64,000 nt of DNA, taken from contig OX597825.1 in the NCBI GenBank assembly GCA_951406725.2, forward strand, positions 14,260,001 through 14,324,000. The letters run 5' to 3'. Shown piece by piece: positions 26,867 through 41,024 of this stretch. Within the stretch, counting starts at the first letter, position 1; every line of letters starts with the position of its first letter. A program made the translations under genes and the position numbers. The stretch comes from Octopus vulgaris. Its lineage: Eukaryota. The notes under the pieces are model-generated. The model saw only the letters and a list, made by a program, of their open reading frames with translations, was not told the DNA's origin and searched no databases.

Positions 26867-27749
26867 CACAAAATGTTTACTCTGTAACAAAAGAACACAA
26901 ATTATATTCATTAGTTCAAATTGTTTTGATTATAAATATTGCCAAGGTGGCGAGTTGGCAGAATCGTTTGTGTGATAGACAAAATGATTCGCTGCATTTA
27001 ATCCATTTCTACGTTCTTAGTTCATATTCTACCGAGGTGGATTTCGCCTTTCATCCTATCGGGATCGACAAAATATGTATCAGTTATGAAAAGGAATCGA
27101 TGTAATCGACTAAACTCATTCTCCTCAAAAATTCCTGGTATTGGGCCAAAATCTTTATAGATGTTGCCATGAAGATTAATATCAGAAACATCAAAACTTT
27201 ACTTAGTATACGATGTGTCAAAGAATTCACAACATATATTTTGAAGTGATTTTAATAAATAATTCAATACAACTGCCAAAACAAAAATAATAAATGATAC
27301 GATTCAAATTTTCTGTTCATAAATTGAATTGTCAACTTCGTTTTATTTATTAGAGTTGCGAGGCTAAGCTTTTAAATAAAACCTATGACAACTTCAAAGT
27401 TAAAAATGGTTCTTGGCATATATCTGAGCAGCCACCTTTCCCCAGTAAATTAACATGTTTTGTAGCAGGGCAGTGCTCTCGTTTATGAATCTTACTTGAA
27501 TAAAATCCTCTTTATAAAACCTATTTCCAGCGGGTGTCAAAGGAAGAGATTCCTTACAATTACATTCAGCGTGTTATGAAAGGTTTAATAATGCGTTAAC
27601 AGCAGGATATGTTGTTTGGTTGTAAATTATAGCTATTAGCAATAATCAGAGCTTGCTCTACAGCGGGTCTCTTGTTATATTGCATCATCTGACTTAAGAT
27701 CACTGATATCGAACAATTTAACGCATAGTGTTCGCATGTTGTGGATGGA

Positions 27750-28302
27750 AGCACTCCGTCGGTTACGACGATGAGGATTCCGGTTGATCCGAATCAACGG
27801 AACAGCCTGCTCGTGAAATTAACGTGCAAGTGGCTGAGCACTCCACAGACACGTGCACCCTTAACGTAGTTCTCGGGGATATTCAGCGTAACACAGAGAG
27901 TGACAAGGCCGGCCCCTTTGAAATACAGGTACAACAGAAACAGGAAGTAAGAGTGAGAGAAAGTTGTGGTGAAAGGAGTACAGCAGGGATCACCACCATC
28001 CCCTGCCGGAGCCTCGTGGAGCTTTTAGGTGTTTTCGCTCAATAAACACTCACAAGCTCTTGTGTTTGATATGACTACTATCACGCTTTTCTGGTAATTA
28101 TACTAATGTGGCAGCGGTTTAGATTGTAAACAGAAGCAGATCCCGATAGGATGAAATGCGAAATCGAAACCACGATCCTATGACCGCGAGTCCGCTGCCC
28201 TAACCACTGGGCCATTTCGCCGATAGGATGAAATGGGAATCGAAACCACGATCCTATGACCGCGAGTCCGCTGCCCTAACCACTGGGCCATTTCGCCTCC
28301 AC
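27750..28302 (-). mobile_element. SINE-C copy interrupted by templated insertions and head duplication
   Basis: Matches 26485-26866; TSD ttcgcatg(t/c)tgt on both sides. Confidence 0.9.
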
Positions 28303-28459
28303 TTCGCATGCTGTATAGAGGGCACGTATACCTAATCCAACAGTTTCACTTACAATCTTGGCATAAAAATCGTAATGCAGAAATAAACTCTGCGATGAAA
28401 TTTAAAGCATGCTTCCAATCACTTGCTTATAAGTGACAGCCAAACGGGAAGTGTGGTTC

Positions 28460-28593
28460 CCCTGTTTATTTCTGTGTTCCTTTCTGTCGAAGAGCGTAAG
28501 AAACTTTCTGACTTCCCGGGCGTTAAACTAATCCAACTGTTTGTTGCTTACTACACAACCGTCTTCGTCTTTCTTTATATTTTTTGTAAATTC

Positions 28594-28600
<7 letters not shown>
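28460..28600 (+). mobile_element. HHR module family B, internally deleted
   Basis: ctttCTGTCGAagagcgtaag then deletion; family 3' part into (TA)n. Confidence 0.6.
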
Positions 28601-28635
<35 letters not shown>

Positions 28636-28905
28636 CAAATTAGAGATAAAACCACTATTAGGCAAATCAAACAATGAAAAACATAAGCCAATTCATAAAA
28701 TTAATTTAATTTATATTATTTTAAATATATATCAAAAGAATAAAAATTTAATAAAAGATAAAGAGTAAAACGCTACGATACATATATATATCAAACAGGC
28801 ATTGTATATACTTATTGTATATATAAATACATATGCATATATATATATATATATATATAAATATATATATGTGTGTATGTATTTATGTATGTTTTTTTTT
28901 TTTTT

Positions 28906-28954
<49 letters not shown>

Positions 28955-29819
28955 TATATATATATAATAAGGGATTGAGAGTAGTTGAAGAATTACAGCA
29001 TTAATATCTTTATCTTGCGGAATATTATTATAAGTGGTTCAGTTGACGATGCAGCCTTCCAAGAGGCATCTTCTCTCTCTGGTATGTTTTACAGTATGTT
29101 GTTTTGACATATCAAACAAGGAGTTTCAGTTTAGAAAGCGACTCATAATCTCTATAATTCTACGAGGAGCTCGAATAAAATTTGAGCCTAGTTCTTTCCT
29201 GATCCACCGGAAGCATTGAGGAAGATTGTACCACCTGAATCAGATATTCGCTAATTGATTACTCTTTGTAAGATAGGTTCTTTTTTTCTCATTTGGAACT
29301 GATAGTAGATGTAGATATTCCCTCCTAGTCGACGTACCATCCCAGTATTTTAACGTTATATCTAGTTGTACGATTAGTCTGTCGAATGATAACAGTAGCT
29401 TAAATTCAAACTGGAGCTAGCAATCAACATCGGTCAACATTCTCGAGAATCAAGTACGGTATTACTATATTTTCATGTGTTTGGTTTTACATAATGTAGA
29501 TAAACTCTGAATATATTTATTTTAGCTCTTGTGTTTGATATAATATGACTACTATCACGCTGTTCTGGTAATTATATTAATGTGGCAGCGGTTTAGATTG
29601 TAAACAGAAGCAGAGAACGAAGTATGGAAAGAAAAGTGGTTCATCTCATAATGACTATGCAGCCTTTTCCAATATACTGTACAAGACTGTCTCATCTTCC
29701 AAGACGCGTCTTCTCTCTCTGGCACGTTTTACAGTATGTTGTATAGACATATCAAAGAATGAGTTTCAGGTTGTTTGGCTAGACCATGAATATTGTAGAT
29801 GAGCCGTGTTGAAGTAAGG

Positions 29820-30152
29820 TGATTAATATTCATTCTAGTTACGAAGAAACCAGATAATACAATATTATGTGAAAGATAGTGGTGAATCTAGTCGAGTTAT
29901 CGGTTTCTCGTGAAAGTAACATGGACGCTAATCAGGCTCGAAAGTTTGAACGTTATGAAAACTTCCTCGAGGAGTGTAAAGATGCAGTCTGGAAAGCGGA
30001 ATATTTCCCAATCGAAGTCGGATGTAGAGGATTCGTTGGACACACTGTAAGGCGACTGCTATCGTTAAGCCTAATTAATCTTAGAGCAAATAGCACCGTA
30101 CGTGATATATAAACTACACTGGAGAAGTCAAGCTACTGGATTTGGTTAAAAA
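29820..30152 (+). pseudogene. Restriction-like endonuclease C-terminus of an R2-group (HERO-like) non-LTR retrotransposon
   Basis: KKPD...LVELSVSRESNMDANQARKFERY...FPIEVGCRGF...EKSSYWIWLK (PD..E..K signature). Confidence 0.82.
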
Positions 30153-30545
30153 GTGTCTTCTACTATAGCCTCGAGCCGACCAAAGTCTTGTGAGTGGATT
30201 TGGTAGACAGAAACTGAAAGAAGCCCGTCGTATACATATATATATATGTGTGTTTGTGTGTGCGAGTGCGTGTGTGTGGGGTGTTTGTGTGTTTGTCTGT
30301 GTGTGTGTGTGTGTGTGTTTGCGTATTTTTGTGTGTATGTTTGTGTGTCTGTGTTTGTCCCCGCCAACATCGCTTGACAACCGATGCTGTGTGTTTACGT
30401 CCCCGTAACTTAGCGGTTCGGGAAAAGACCGATAGAATAAGTACTAGGTTTACAAAGAATAAGTCCTGGGGTCGATTTGCTCGACTAAAGGCGGTGCTCC
30501 AGCATGGGCACAGTCAAATGACTGAAATAAGTAAAAGTGTAAAGA

Positions 30546-30547
<2 letters not shown>
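30150..30547 (+). mobile_element. SINE-B, 5'-truncated
   Basis: Family match. Confidence 0.9.
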
Positions 30548-30620
<73 letters not shown>

Positions 30621-30854
30621 CGATAAATGTAAACAAATTTTGTGTATTGAGATAAAAAGATGATCTATCTTTCTCTCTCTTTCTGTCTGTCTGATCTCTC
30701 TCTCTGTATATATATATATATATGTTTTATTTTTATATATGTATGTATTTTCATATTGGCGTGTGTTTGTGTGTCGATGTAAATATTTAGATAACTGTAG
30801 TGGAATGAAATACGGTGACATATATTTGGATATATGCATATATATATATATATA

Positions 30855-31070
30855 TAAGATCGCCATGTTGATTCGTTAGCTACTGCACGCATTTTTTTTC
30901 TCTCCTTCTTTCTGTGTTTTTCTCTCTCTGTGTATCTTTCTGTTGAAGAGCGTAGGCTCGAAACGTTAAAGACTTGTTTTATTTATATTTCCTGAGCGCC
31001 ATACTAATACAATCGTTCGTTTGTTTTCCACCTGCCTTCGTCTTTTGTTTATTTTCATAAAGCTTCCCGT

Positions 31071-31072
<2 letters not shown>
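30855..31072 (+). mobile_element. HHR module family B, HHR at 30935-30972
   Basis: TCTTT CTGTTGA a GAGC gtag GCTC GAAA CG TT AAAGA (5-bp stem I); (TA)n on both sides. Confidence 0.75.
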
Positions 31073-31102
<30 letters not shown>

Positions 31103-31140
31103 TATATATATATATATGAAAATATATATATATATATGTA

Positions 31141-31201
<61 letters not shown>

Positions 31202-32033
31202 GTCATATATGTATATATATAAATATATGTATTTATATATGTATATATGTGTGTGTGTGTGTATGTATGTATATATGGTGTGTGTGTTTGTGTTTAAAAC
31301 ACCATACACACAGACACAAGCACACATATGTATATATTATACTTTATACATATGTGTGCATGTGTAAATGTGTGGAGACCGTGTGCGTGTCTACGTGTAT
31401 GTTCATGCACGCATGCGCAGGTATTGCTTGGCACGGAGGCATTAACATGGCAGAGTATTTAAATGATAAATGCAAATACATTTACGCGTGTAAGAACAGA
31501 GACATAGATTCGTTGTTAAAAACAAACTGACTTAATTGCAACGCCGATAGATATTTACACCAACAAATTTTTCTACACAACTTCACGAAGAATTTTGACA
31601 TTCGGGATGTTTTAGGTGTTTTTGTATTGTTTGTTTACATATCGCTAAAATCTCACCACGACGTCTCTCTCACCGCACCCCCTAGCTTCCCTTTATAAAT
31701 CTACGGTTCGAACAAAACAGAAAGCAAAATGAAAATAAGAAAATATTTCCATATTTATGTTAGAAATATATAAATGTGTAGCAGGCTCATACAGATATTA
31801 AACTTTGCAGATAAACACACAAATGTACACGCACGCACATACACACACATACACACACAAACACACACACACGTATATATATATTGATAGGTAGATATAC
31901 ACATATACCCACATATATATAGTCACGCACACACACATAAATATATACATAGATATAGATAAATATATAGATTTATATTTGCGTTTATGTGTTTATGTGC
32001 ATATATAGGAATAGTTTATGTGTATGTATGTAA

Positions 32034-32084
<51 letters not shown>

Positions 32085-32147
32085 AGTGTTTGTATGTATA
32101 AGTGTATATATATGTGTATATATACATACATAAACACATATATATAT

Positions 32148-32201
<54 letters not shown>

Positions 32202-32514
32202 GTATATATATATATATAAAGGTGAATATATGCGTAGGCATTTCTGTGTGCGCATGCGTATAATGGCACAAATGTACATAAAACATGGTTGCAGAAATAA
32301 AATTTCAAAATAGCTGGAAGCTAAATATACTAAATTTTACAGTCTATGACTCAAAGCTACAAAAGAATATTCTGGGGAATATCTAAATCTACAATGTAGA
32401 ATTTATTTATTTTCAGTGTTAAATATTTTTATTTCGTTCAATTTCTGTTTTATTATTCTTAGCACACAAAAAGGCGCTAGATACTGGAGTAGTATATTTA
32501 TCAAACAAACTGTG

Positions 32515-32840
32515 GTTTGTTGGATAAATATATTATGTTCTACTATAGACACAACGCCAGAAATTTTTGGGTAAGAGGCCGGTCGATTAGATCGACCCCA
32601 GTACGCAATTGGTACTTAGTTTATCGACCCCGTAATGATGAAAGGTGAAGTTGTCTTCGGCGGAATTTGAACTCGGTTGGATAAATATTTTCTTTTCTAC
32701 TCTAGGCACAAGGCCAGAAATTTTTGAGTAGGGGCCCAGTCGATTAGATCGACCCCAGAACGCAACTGGTACTTAATTTCTCAACCCCGTAATGATAAAA
32801 GGCGAAGTCGACCTCGGCGGAATTTGAACTCGGTTGGATA
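32515..32840 (-). mobile_element. Tandem duplication of a truncated SINE-A variant (alternative tail)
   Basis: Two ~160-bp units both ending gaactcggttggata. Confidence 0.82.
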
Positions 32841-32891
32841 TATATATTATAGGACTCATTGATTACGCTTGTAGTTCAAATCTTGCCAGTA

Positions 32892-33317
32892 CTCATTTAC
32901 TCTTTTACTCTTTTACTTGTTTCAGTCATTTTGACTGCTGCCATGCTGGAGCACCGCCTTTAGTCGAGCAAATCGATCTCTGGACTTATTTTTTGTAAGC
33001 CTATTACTTATTCTATCGGTCTCTTTTACCGAACCTCTAGGTTACAGGGACGTAAACACACCAGCATCGGTTGTCCAGTGATTTTGGGGGAGAGGATACA
33101 CAAACCTACACACACACACACACACGTACATACATACATATATGTATATATATGTATACGACGGGCTTCTTTCGCTTTCCGTCTACAAAATCCACTCACA
33201 AGGCTTTGGTCGGTCCGAGGCTATAGTAGAAGACACTTGCCCAAGATGCCATGCAGTGGGACTGAACCCGGAACCAAGTGGTTGGTAAGCAAACTATTTA
33301 CCACACAGCCACTCCTA
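32892..33317 (-). mobile_element. SINE-B full copy
   Basis: Family match. Confidence 0.92.
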
Positions 33318-33933
33318 ATGAAAGAAACATTTACAAGTGAATTATTTTCTGGCGACGAGTTGGCAGTATCTTAGCACGTAGCAGGAAATGCTCGGCGGTT
33401 CTTTACGTTCTTAGATCAAATCCCGCGGAGATCAACTTTGACTTCGAAGGTCGATTAAATAAGTACCAATAAAGTACTGCAGCTGGTGTAACGCTTAAAC
33501 ATTCTCCCCTCAAAAATACTGTTATGTAGCACTACAACGGATCAAATCCGATTCAGCGTTATGCTGTGACCTCGGTACCTTATTTAGCCCCGCCAACTGC
33601 GACCATGCTGGGGCACCACAATGCAAAGATTTTTGTCGAACGAATCAACATCAATAGCTTTCTCTTTAAGCCTAGTACTCGTTCTGTTAGTCACTCCGGC
33701 AGAATCGCTGACTTGGGTATGTAAACACACCAACACCGGTTATCAAGATTTGGTGGTGGAGACAATCACAGACGGAAAGGCACACAAACACAGGCACACA
33801 CATACAATTGTTCAAGTGTGTCACATTCAAGTTTTCTCGAGCTGTTTCTGCCATAGGATGCAGTGAACGCACGTTTCGTTTTGAAACATATGTAGATTGA
33901 GTTCTACCCCAGGTTCGCAATGCCTCAGTGAAA

Positions 33934-34009
<76 letters not shown>

Positions 34010-34135
34010 AGTGTGTGTTATATCTGTTATAACCGTATTTAATCATGTACAAGTCCTACCATAGTTTTTAATTTAAAATCAAGTATCAAATACTGCAAAT
34101 TATCACGCGTGCGTAATTACAGTTGATGATACGAC

Positions 34136-34194
<59 letters not shown>

Positions 34195-34298
34195 CAGCCA
34201 TTATGCTCCTCCCATCATAAAACACCACCGCGTGGACTCGGTTGAGACTAGTAAGAAACAATTATGAACTTTTTTATAACACTTAACTTTTTTAAAAT

Positions 34299-34346
34299 AT
34301 TTTTGATATGGTTCGTTTTTTCAAGAAGAACCGAAACATGTAAAAT
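34299..34346 (+). ncRNA. Hammerhead-like motif with U3-A8 core variant
   Basis: ATTT TTGATAT GGTTC [loop] GAACC GAAA CATG TA AAAT; downstream module ends in (TA)n. Confidence 0.55.
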
Positions 34347-34483
34347 CTCTAAGAAAATTAAAATTTATCTTATGTAGTGGCGTTTTCAAACTTCTTTTTT
34401 ATAAACATATATATATATACGTATATGTGTGTGTGTGTGTGTATATACATGTATACGTATATATGTGTATATATATATATGTA

Positions 34484-34555
<72 letters not shown>

Positions 34556-34558
<3 letters not shown>

Positions 34559-34700
34559 TTCCTTCTCCTTTGTTTCCGACGAAGAGCTCCGCTCGAAACG
34601 TTAAATCCTCCTTCTTCCCTTCTTTCCTGAGCGTCCAATAATACTTTATTTGTTCCACGTCCTCGCGTTGCTGTGTTTTTTTGTGTTTTCTTGTTTGGAT

Positions 34701-34705
<5 letters not shown>
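34556..34705 (+). mobile_element. HHR module family A, HHR at 34572-34606
   Basis: gttt CCGACGA a GAGC tcc GCTC GAAA CG TT aaat; pure (TA)n on both sides. Confidence 0.72.
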
Positions 34706-34763
<58 letters not shown>

Positions 34764-35414
34764 CGTTGTAAAGAATATTAATGTTAATATCTTGTTTTAC
34801 AAAGGAAGCAGTAATTGTCAACTTGAATAACCCGAATGCAGTTTAGCCGTTTCTGCACGCTCAGGCAGTAATACACTCTATATCGTGCGATGGTTGGATA
34901 TCCTTACACAAACACGTCAATACCATAAGATGGCTGCTGAAAACTCGTGCCACGCTCTCGTGGTGTAACAGAGCAACTCTGCATTGGAGAATAATGCTAA
35001 TGATTAATTGCCTGTACAACATGACACGCATTGTAGTTAGGTTTGCGAACGCAAAGCAGAAAAACCCCTTAAATATTAGAATCTTGAGATTTCAAAAAGA
35101 TCTTATCAAAAGGGAAACAACGATGTAAGAATAACCGAAAGTATGATGGGAAAGTGTAAATCATATTCCATTACAAGATAAAGTTTCTTTCTATATATCT
35201 CCTTCATTCTTCACTTGAATTCCATTGCCTTCCCCCCTCTTAACATACCACACTCACATACACACACACGCGCATACATATTACGGCCCTCTCTATATCT
35301 TCTTCCTACGTATAAATATATACATATATACACACGTATATGTATATATGCACTCTCTTGTATATATGTATGATACATAATTCTCTTTTTCTTCCGGTTC
35401 ATTCTCTCAGCCAC

Positions 35415-35415
<1 letters not shown>

Positions 35416-35450
<35 letters not shown>

Positions 35451-35454
35451 TCCT

Positions 35455-35496
<42 letters not shown>
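35416..35496. repeat. (TTTC)n microsatellite
   Basis: Direct inspection. Confidence 0.95.
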
Positions 35497-35497
<1 letters not shown>

Positions 35498-38290
35498 CCC
35501 CCCCTCTCTCTCTCTCAGTTACGTTTATCTACTTTTCCACTTTCCTTGTTAAATACATTATACATACATATATATATATATGTGTGTGTATGTATATATA
35601 CATATATATTTATATATACACATATATACATACTCACACACACACACACATACACACACACACATATATATATATATATACACATATATATATGAATATA
35701 TGTGTGTGCGTGTGTGTATGGCTGTAGGTATACACATACACACGCAGCCACACACACAAACACACACACACATATATACATATACATGCTAGCGATGTTG
35801 CACCGTATTTCATGTTTAACCATTTCACCATTTTCAAACGTTAAAATGGTTTATTCCAGCGGAAGTGTGTGATCTGTGATATACGTATATTAACGTTTAA
35901 TAAGTCAGCAGAATCTAAGACCAACGGTCGGCAAAGTTGATACGGTCCGAACAAAATGTTTTGATTGTGTCTAACTTAATCTTTTAATTTTTGTTTTACT
36001 GAATTGAACTACTCGTCGTCAAAGCTATCTTTCATCATCTTAGATCTTCAAGATATATACTTGTGATGCAGTGTATATAGTTTTCATCGAATGTAATATT
36101 CTGTAGTATTCTACAATATTTTACAATAATGCCCTCTACTAATATAACTAAAATGATCTTGCTGGAATATAAGGCCAGGTTTTATATTATCAATTGCCAT
36201 CAAAAAGTATCTTAAAAGGTGACGTGCGGAAGATTCTTGTTGAGCAGGAAAGCCGGACGGGCATGATTCTACAGAGTGTGTATATGGGTGTATATACACA
36301 TATATACACCCATGTATATTTACGTATCTCTCTCTCTCTCTCTCTCTCTCTTCCTCTCGAACATATATTTCACGTGGTTCCTTGGACTGCCTGTTGCTGT
36401 TGCAGTAGATATTTCCACCGTTCTTTTTGCTGAACTGCTACTTTACGGGGACTCGAATAACGAATGGGGCGATAAATACAGAGATACGCATGCGCGTACA
36501 CACAGACACACACACACAGCCTTATAAAAACGTCACTTGTCCAATAGGATTGAATAACGTATTTGCTGGCATCTCATATTTATTTACACAAAAATATTTA
36601 CTTCAAAATACAACATAAGCATTTTCTAAATACCTGCATATATCCTCATATATACTTACATATGCGCACAAACGTTTACTTATACCTGCTTATATACGCA
36701 TATATACTTACATATGCACCCACATATACATACATGCATATATACATACCACTTCAATTGATATAAGCATGCAAGCGTAATATATTTTTATGTACTTTTT
36801 GACATATATATACAGGAAAGATAAATTATTGTATAGTTATATTTCAACAAAACTTTTAACCATAAACTCACTCACTCTCGTTTCCATTCTCTTTTTTTAA
36901 TGTTTTTCCTTCCGTTTGCAATTTGTTCTTTTTTTCATACACCCACTCACTGAACTTCCATTGTTGTATTATTAATTTAAAAAAAAAATTCCTTCTGTTT
37001 GGGATAATATAGATGTATAAAAACAGAGAATAACATAATAAATTAATATAAAGAAAAGGGCAACGCAGATAAGATCCAGCAAGTTTCAAAAAATATCGCT
37101 CATGAATGATAATAACAACAATGTCAATAATAAAAAACCTAAAAGAACCAAAAGAGCTAAAAACTACTGCAAATGCATCATTAGTAACTGGAAAAGCTAT
37201 AAGCCGCCATAACTACGATTGTTACCAATGGCGACAGTTATTCACAATTGCAGCGAGGAGAAATAGGAGCTAAGACAACAAATGGCATCTATGCACATAC
37301 CGAGTTACATTCGCATAAATTCACACGCATAAATACAAGTACTGATACACATACTCGAACACAGAGAAAAAAAAAATATGATAATTTACACCCATATTTA
37401 CATAAATATATCCAGATGCAAACACACATACTTATGCATAGACATACAGAAACAAACACGCTTACATATTCACACAGATATATATATACGAATACAAACA
37501 CATTAATGCGAAGAGAGAGAAAGAGAAAAAGGCATCGCGTAAGAAGAAATAACAAAAGGAAGAAATTAACATAGCGAGAAAAATAAGATTTAAGTATCAT
37601 GTAGAACAAATAAATAACTGAAACAACAACTGGAGAAAACAGACACGAGCAACATCGGTACATAAGAACAACAACGAGACGAAGAAGACGATAAAAAGAA
37701 CAACAACAACAACAACAACAACAACAAAAGCGTACGCGGCAAAAACGAAATGTTAAGTATAGTAAAGAAATATCGATGCAACTACACTAACAGCAATAAC
37801 AAATTAACAACAACAACAACAACATATGCAGGAATATTTTGAACAAGTATATGGAATCTAGAGTATGAAAAGTAAATTCAAATCAAAACCAGGAGAACGA
37901 AAAAAGGTAAAGAATGGCGGTTGCGGCAACAACAACGTCGAAAACGACATCGCCGACGAAGGCGTCAACGAGGGCGATGATAATGATTGTTTAATGAAAA
38001 ATAATATTTGTATCAACGAACATCTCAGCTTCTCTGTGAGTGGAAAAGATTAAAAGAAAAAATCGCGTTTGAAATTTGAACTTGTGGAGTTGAAGGATGT
38101 GGGTTTAGATTAGCGAAAATTAAAAGAAAATTGAATCTGCTTGAAATTTGAACTCAAGAAACTGAGGAAGCTTGATTGCATACTGTGTGTTACATCAGTG
38201 TTCAGTGTTATACAATTATAATTATCTGCCATTGTATCAACCTTACATACAACAAGCAACTGCATCAATGAGAATAACTAAATCATCAAC

Positions 38291-38620
38291 TGGTACTCCG
38301 TCGGTTACGACCACGAGTGTTACAGTTTATTCGATCAACGTAACAGCCTGCACCTGAAATTAACGTGAATGTGGCCGAGCACTCCACAGACATGCGTAAC
38401 GTTAAAGTCGTTCTTAGAGAGACTTCAGCGTGACATAGAATGTTATGGGGCTGGCCCCCATTGATCTACTGGTACAACTCATGTTTGCCAGGTGAGTAAA
38501 CTAGGACAAGGTAAAATAAATTATCATGTTCAAGGATACACCACGCCCCCGCCTAGATGTCGAACTGACAACCTTACGATCGCGACCAGAGTATCCACGC
38601 TACTAAGCCACGTGCCTTCA
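38291..38620 (-). mobile_element. Chimeric SINE: D-type head plus C-type tail, decayed
   Basis: 38291-38475 matches the SINE-C tail; 38490-38620 matches the SINE-D head. Confidence 0.75.
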
Positions 38621-38659
38621 CATATAATCGACTACACGACAAGGAAGTCGCCTACATAG

Positions 38660-38824
38660 GCAGAAGCAGGACTGCGTGTTTAAAAATTTCGCTATTAAAT
38701 CACATGGTGCAAGGTTCAATCCCAGTGTGCGGTACCTTGACTAAGTGTCATCTATAATATCCTCGTGGCCCCAATGCTTTGTAAATGAATTTGGTAGACG
38801 AAAACTGCATAGAATCTTATCGTG

Positions 38825-38881
<57 letters not shown>

Positions 38882-39140
38882 ATGTATACATGTATGTATG
38901 TATGCATGTATGCATGTATGTATGTATGCATATGTGGGTCTTTGTGTCTGCCCCACCCACCTACATTTCCTTCACTAGACAATCGGCATTGCTTTGTTTA
39001 CGTTCTTGTAACTTAGTGGTTCGGCAAAAGAAACAGATAGAATAAGTACGGGATTTAAAAGAAATAAAAACATGATGTAATTCGCTCGATCTTTCAAGGT
39101 GTTGCTCCAACATGGCTTCATTATAATCACTGAAACAAAT
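38660..39140 (+). mobile_element. SINE-B, old diverged copy
   Basis: ggttcaatccc B-box, gaatttggtagacg, ggttcggcaaaag, ctgaaac. Confidence 0.75.
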
Positions 39141-40234
39141 ATCAGATAACAAAGGACAGACGATAAGTTGACCACCAAGAAACAGCAACCCAAACGTCCC
39201 TAAAGGACTCACTTAAATCTTTAAAGAACGGGCGTTACAGAGGATATAATCTTTGAAACATTAAAAAAAAAAATAGTTGCGGATTGTCACATATGGATTA
39301 GCTTTCATGTTAGATCATTTCTATTCCGTTTCGGTAACGGGTGACAAAATAGTCACCGGATATATCAATGGGAACTGCTACAGCATCCAAGAACAGGAAT
39401 TTACAAAACAGCAGTAAGAACGTCAGCCATTGCTGCGGCAATGACAAAACATTTCTGTAGCAAAACATCGATAGAATGTAAGAGGTAGAAAAAAGATTAA
39501 GCAACATATAGAAGAAGCACAAGGAAGGAAAAAAGATGGAAAGACTAGTATTGGGAATTGAAGAACTGCAACAATGTGAGAGAAAAAGAAAAAACAACAA
39601 TAACAATAAGTATATGCAGTAACACGAACAACTGTCTTTCATAAGACAGCAATAACGAGGTGGATGCTAAATATGCTATGCTGAAGTTGTCTATAGAAGG
39701 AGTAAGTCGTTGATACTTGAAATAGAAAATTGTTTTGTTGGCGGCACATCTGTAAAAGAAATAGTTAAAGAGTTTTCATGTCTGATATCTTATGATGTCG
39801 TATGTAGTAGTTAATCTGCTACTGCGATAGGCGTGGTTGAGACATTGTTCAGAAACGAGAAAGAAAAAGAAGAAAAAGAAAAAAGAAAAAGAATAAAAAA
39901 GAAAAAAGAAATGAAGGACGATGATAAAAGTGAGGTGAAGGCGATGAAGACGAACAATAGAAGATATATAAGTAATGAAGCAAAAAAGAAAAAAAGAAAA
40001 AAAAAGAAAAAAAACAAAGAAACGAAGAGACGAGAATATATTTAGAATAGTTAGAATAGAGAGTGAAAGATGGAGGCAGTGTGGAAAGATATAATGAGGA
40101 AACTTTATTGTTAAGGTGAGAAAGTCGGTAACAAAGTTGCTAAGGTATGTACAAATGTATATTTGTATGTACGCAGGCATGTACCAATATATACATCCAC
40201 TTAAGTACATATGTATATACATAAATACACACAA

Positions 40235-40288
<54 letters not shown>

Positions 40289-40289
40289 C

Positions 40290-40499
40290 ATTAGAAAAAA
40301 ACACCCTTTATCAATTCAAAAGGAACAATCAAATTACACCATCTAGAAAATTACATATAATAGAAATATTAAAATTAAAATAACAACAAAAAATGTATTG
40401 TTATTGTTATTTTAATTTTAATATTTCTAGTATATGTAATTTTCTAGATGGTGTAATTTAGTTGTTCATTTTGAATTGATAAAGATGGGTTTTTCTAAT
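40290..40499. repeat. Foldback palindrome (~95-bp arms) embedded in (TA)n
   Basis: 40290-40387 is an imperfect reverse complement of 40405-40499. Confidence 0.88.
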
Positions 40500-40589
40500 T
40501 TTTATATATATATATAATATCGTGAAATTTGATTTAGTCATTCTGAATTGAATTTTTTCCTTGTAAGATTGGATTTTATTCCCTCAAAT

Positions 40590-40656
<67 letters not shown>

Positions 40657-40669
40657 TATACATATATAC

Positions 40670-40707
<38 letters not shown>

Positions 40708-40923
40708 GTATAGATATACATATTAGTGTTTGTTTTAAAGTTCATAAAAACAATTTTACATTAATCTGATGGGTTATTCTATATTTTTGTTGAGTAAAAA
40801 TGCATTATTTTTAAACAAGGGTGTTGATGACAGTGACTTCGACGATTGGGCCAGCCAAGCCCCAATCGCACTGCGATGCATTAGAATTCGTCCATATATG
40901 TATGTAATCTATGCATGTATATG

Positions 40924-41024
<101 letters not shown>

